From positions 1 to 29,398 of IMG/VR virus record IMGVR_UViG_3300032225_000122: a DNA stretch of 29,398 bases; one strand, 5' to 3'. Under the pieces are notes generated by a model. It did no database searches, was not told the DNA's origin, and saw only the letters and a program-made list of their open reading frames with translations. A program made the position numbers and the translations under genes. Position 1 is the stretch's first letter. Each line of letters begins with the position of its first letter. Below are positions 29,369 through 29,398 of the stretch, piece after piece. The DNA is from a virus. Its lineage: Duplodnaviria; Caudoviricetes.

Positions 29369-29398
29369 ACGTGTAGCTGCACGCTACCAGTTAGGTAC
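29262..29398 (+). CDS. Probable primase catalytic (TOPRIM) subunit, N-terminus only, 3'-truncated
   Basis: MASSAQLKSLLEAAQRYAQEITPEVLVALDERGISERVAARYQLG matches the L-x-x-RGI...(F/Y)-x-LG motif of the DnaG core; SD GGAG at 29251-54. Confidence 0.7.
   Translation, partial: MASSAQLKSLLEAAQRYAQEITPEVLVALDERGISERVAARYQLG

Overview
This window is part of a tailed dsDNA bacteriophage genome with dense, almost entirely + strand coding and many TAATG/ATGA gene overlaps. The gene order is: portal (5'-truncated), three large probable internal-virion/ejection proteins, scaffold, major capsid protein, a run of very small mostly basic ORFs, a collagen-like fibre followed by two glycosyltransferases, a probable head-tail adaptor, an array of paralogous tail-fibre/tip genes interrupted by an HNH endonuclease, a probable nozzle, and a lysis cassette (membrane protein, CHAP endolysin, holin) closed by a strong terminator. 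After a structured divergent intergenic region comes an early/replication block: a proteasome-beta/HslV-like Thr protease, a Cas4-like PD-(D/E)XK nuclease, WhiB, a DnaB-like helicase, a Holliday junction resolvase and a split primase. WhiB points to an actinobacterial host. The moderate GC (judged by eye) and the lack of a tape measure or tail tube suggest a podovirus-like phage of low-GC freshwater Actinobacteria (inference). The best candidates for undescribed biology are: (1) a collagen fibre + GT25 + GT2/TPR virion-glycosylation module, (2) a tandem-pseudoknot RNA over the scaffold ribosome-binding site, and (3) an inverted pair of WhiA-type GACAC boxes at a leaderless promoter in a phage that encodes its own WhiB. 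All product calls come from reading motifs by eye; no searches were run.
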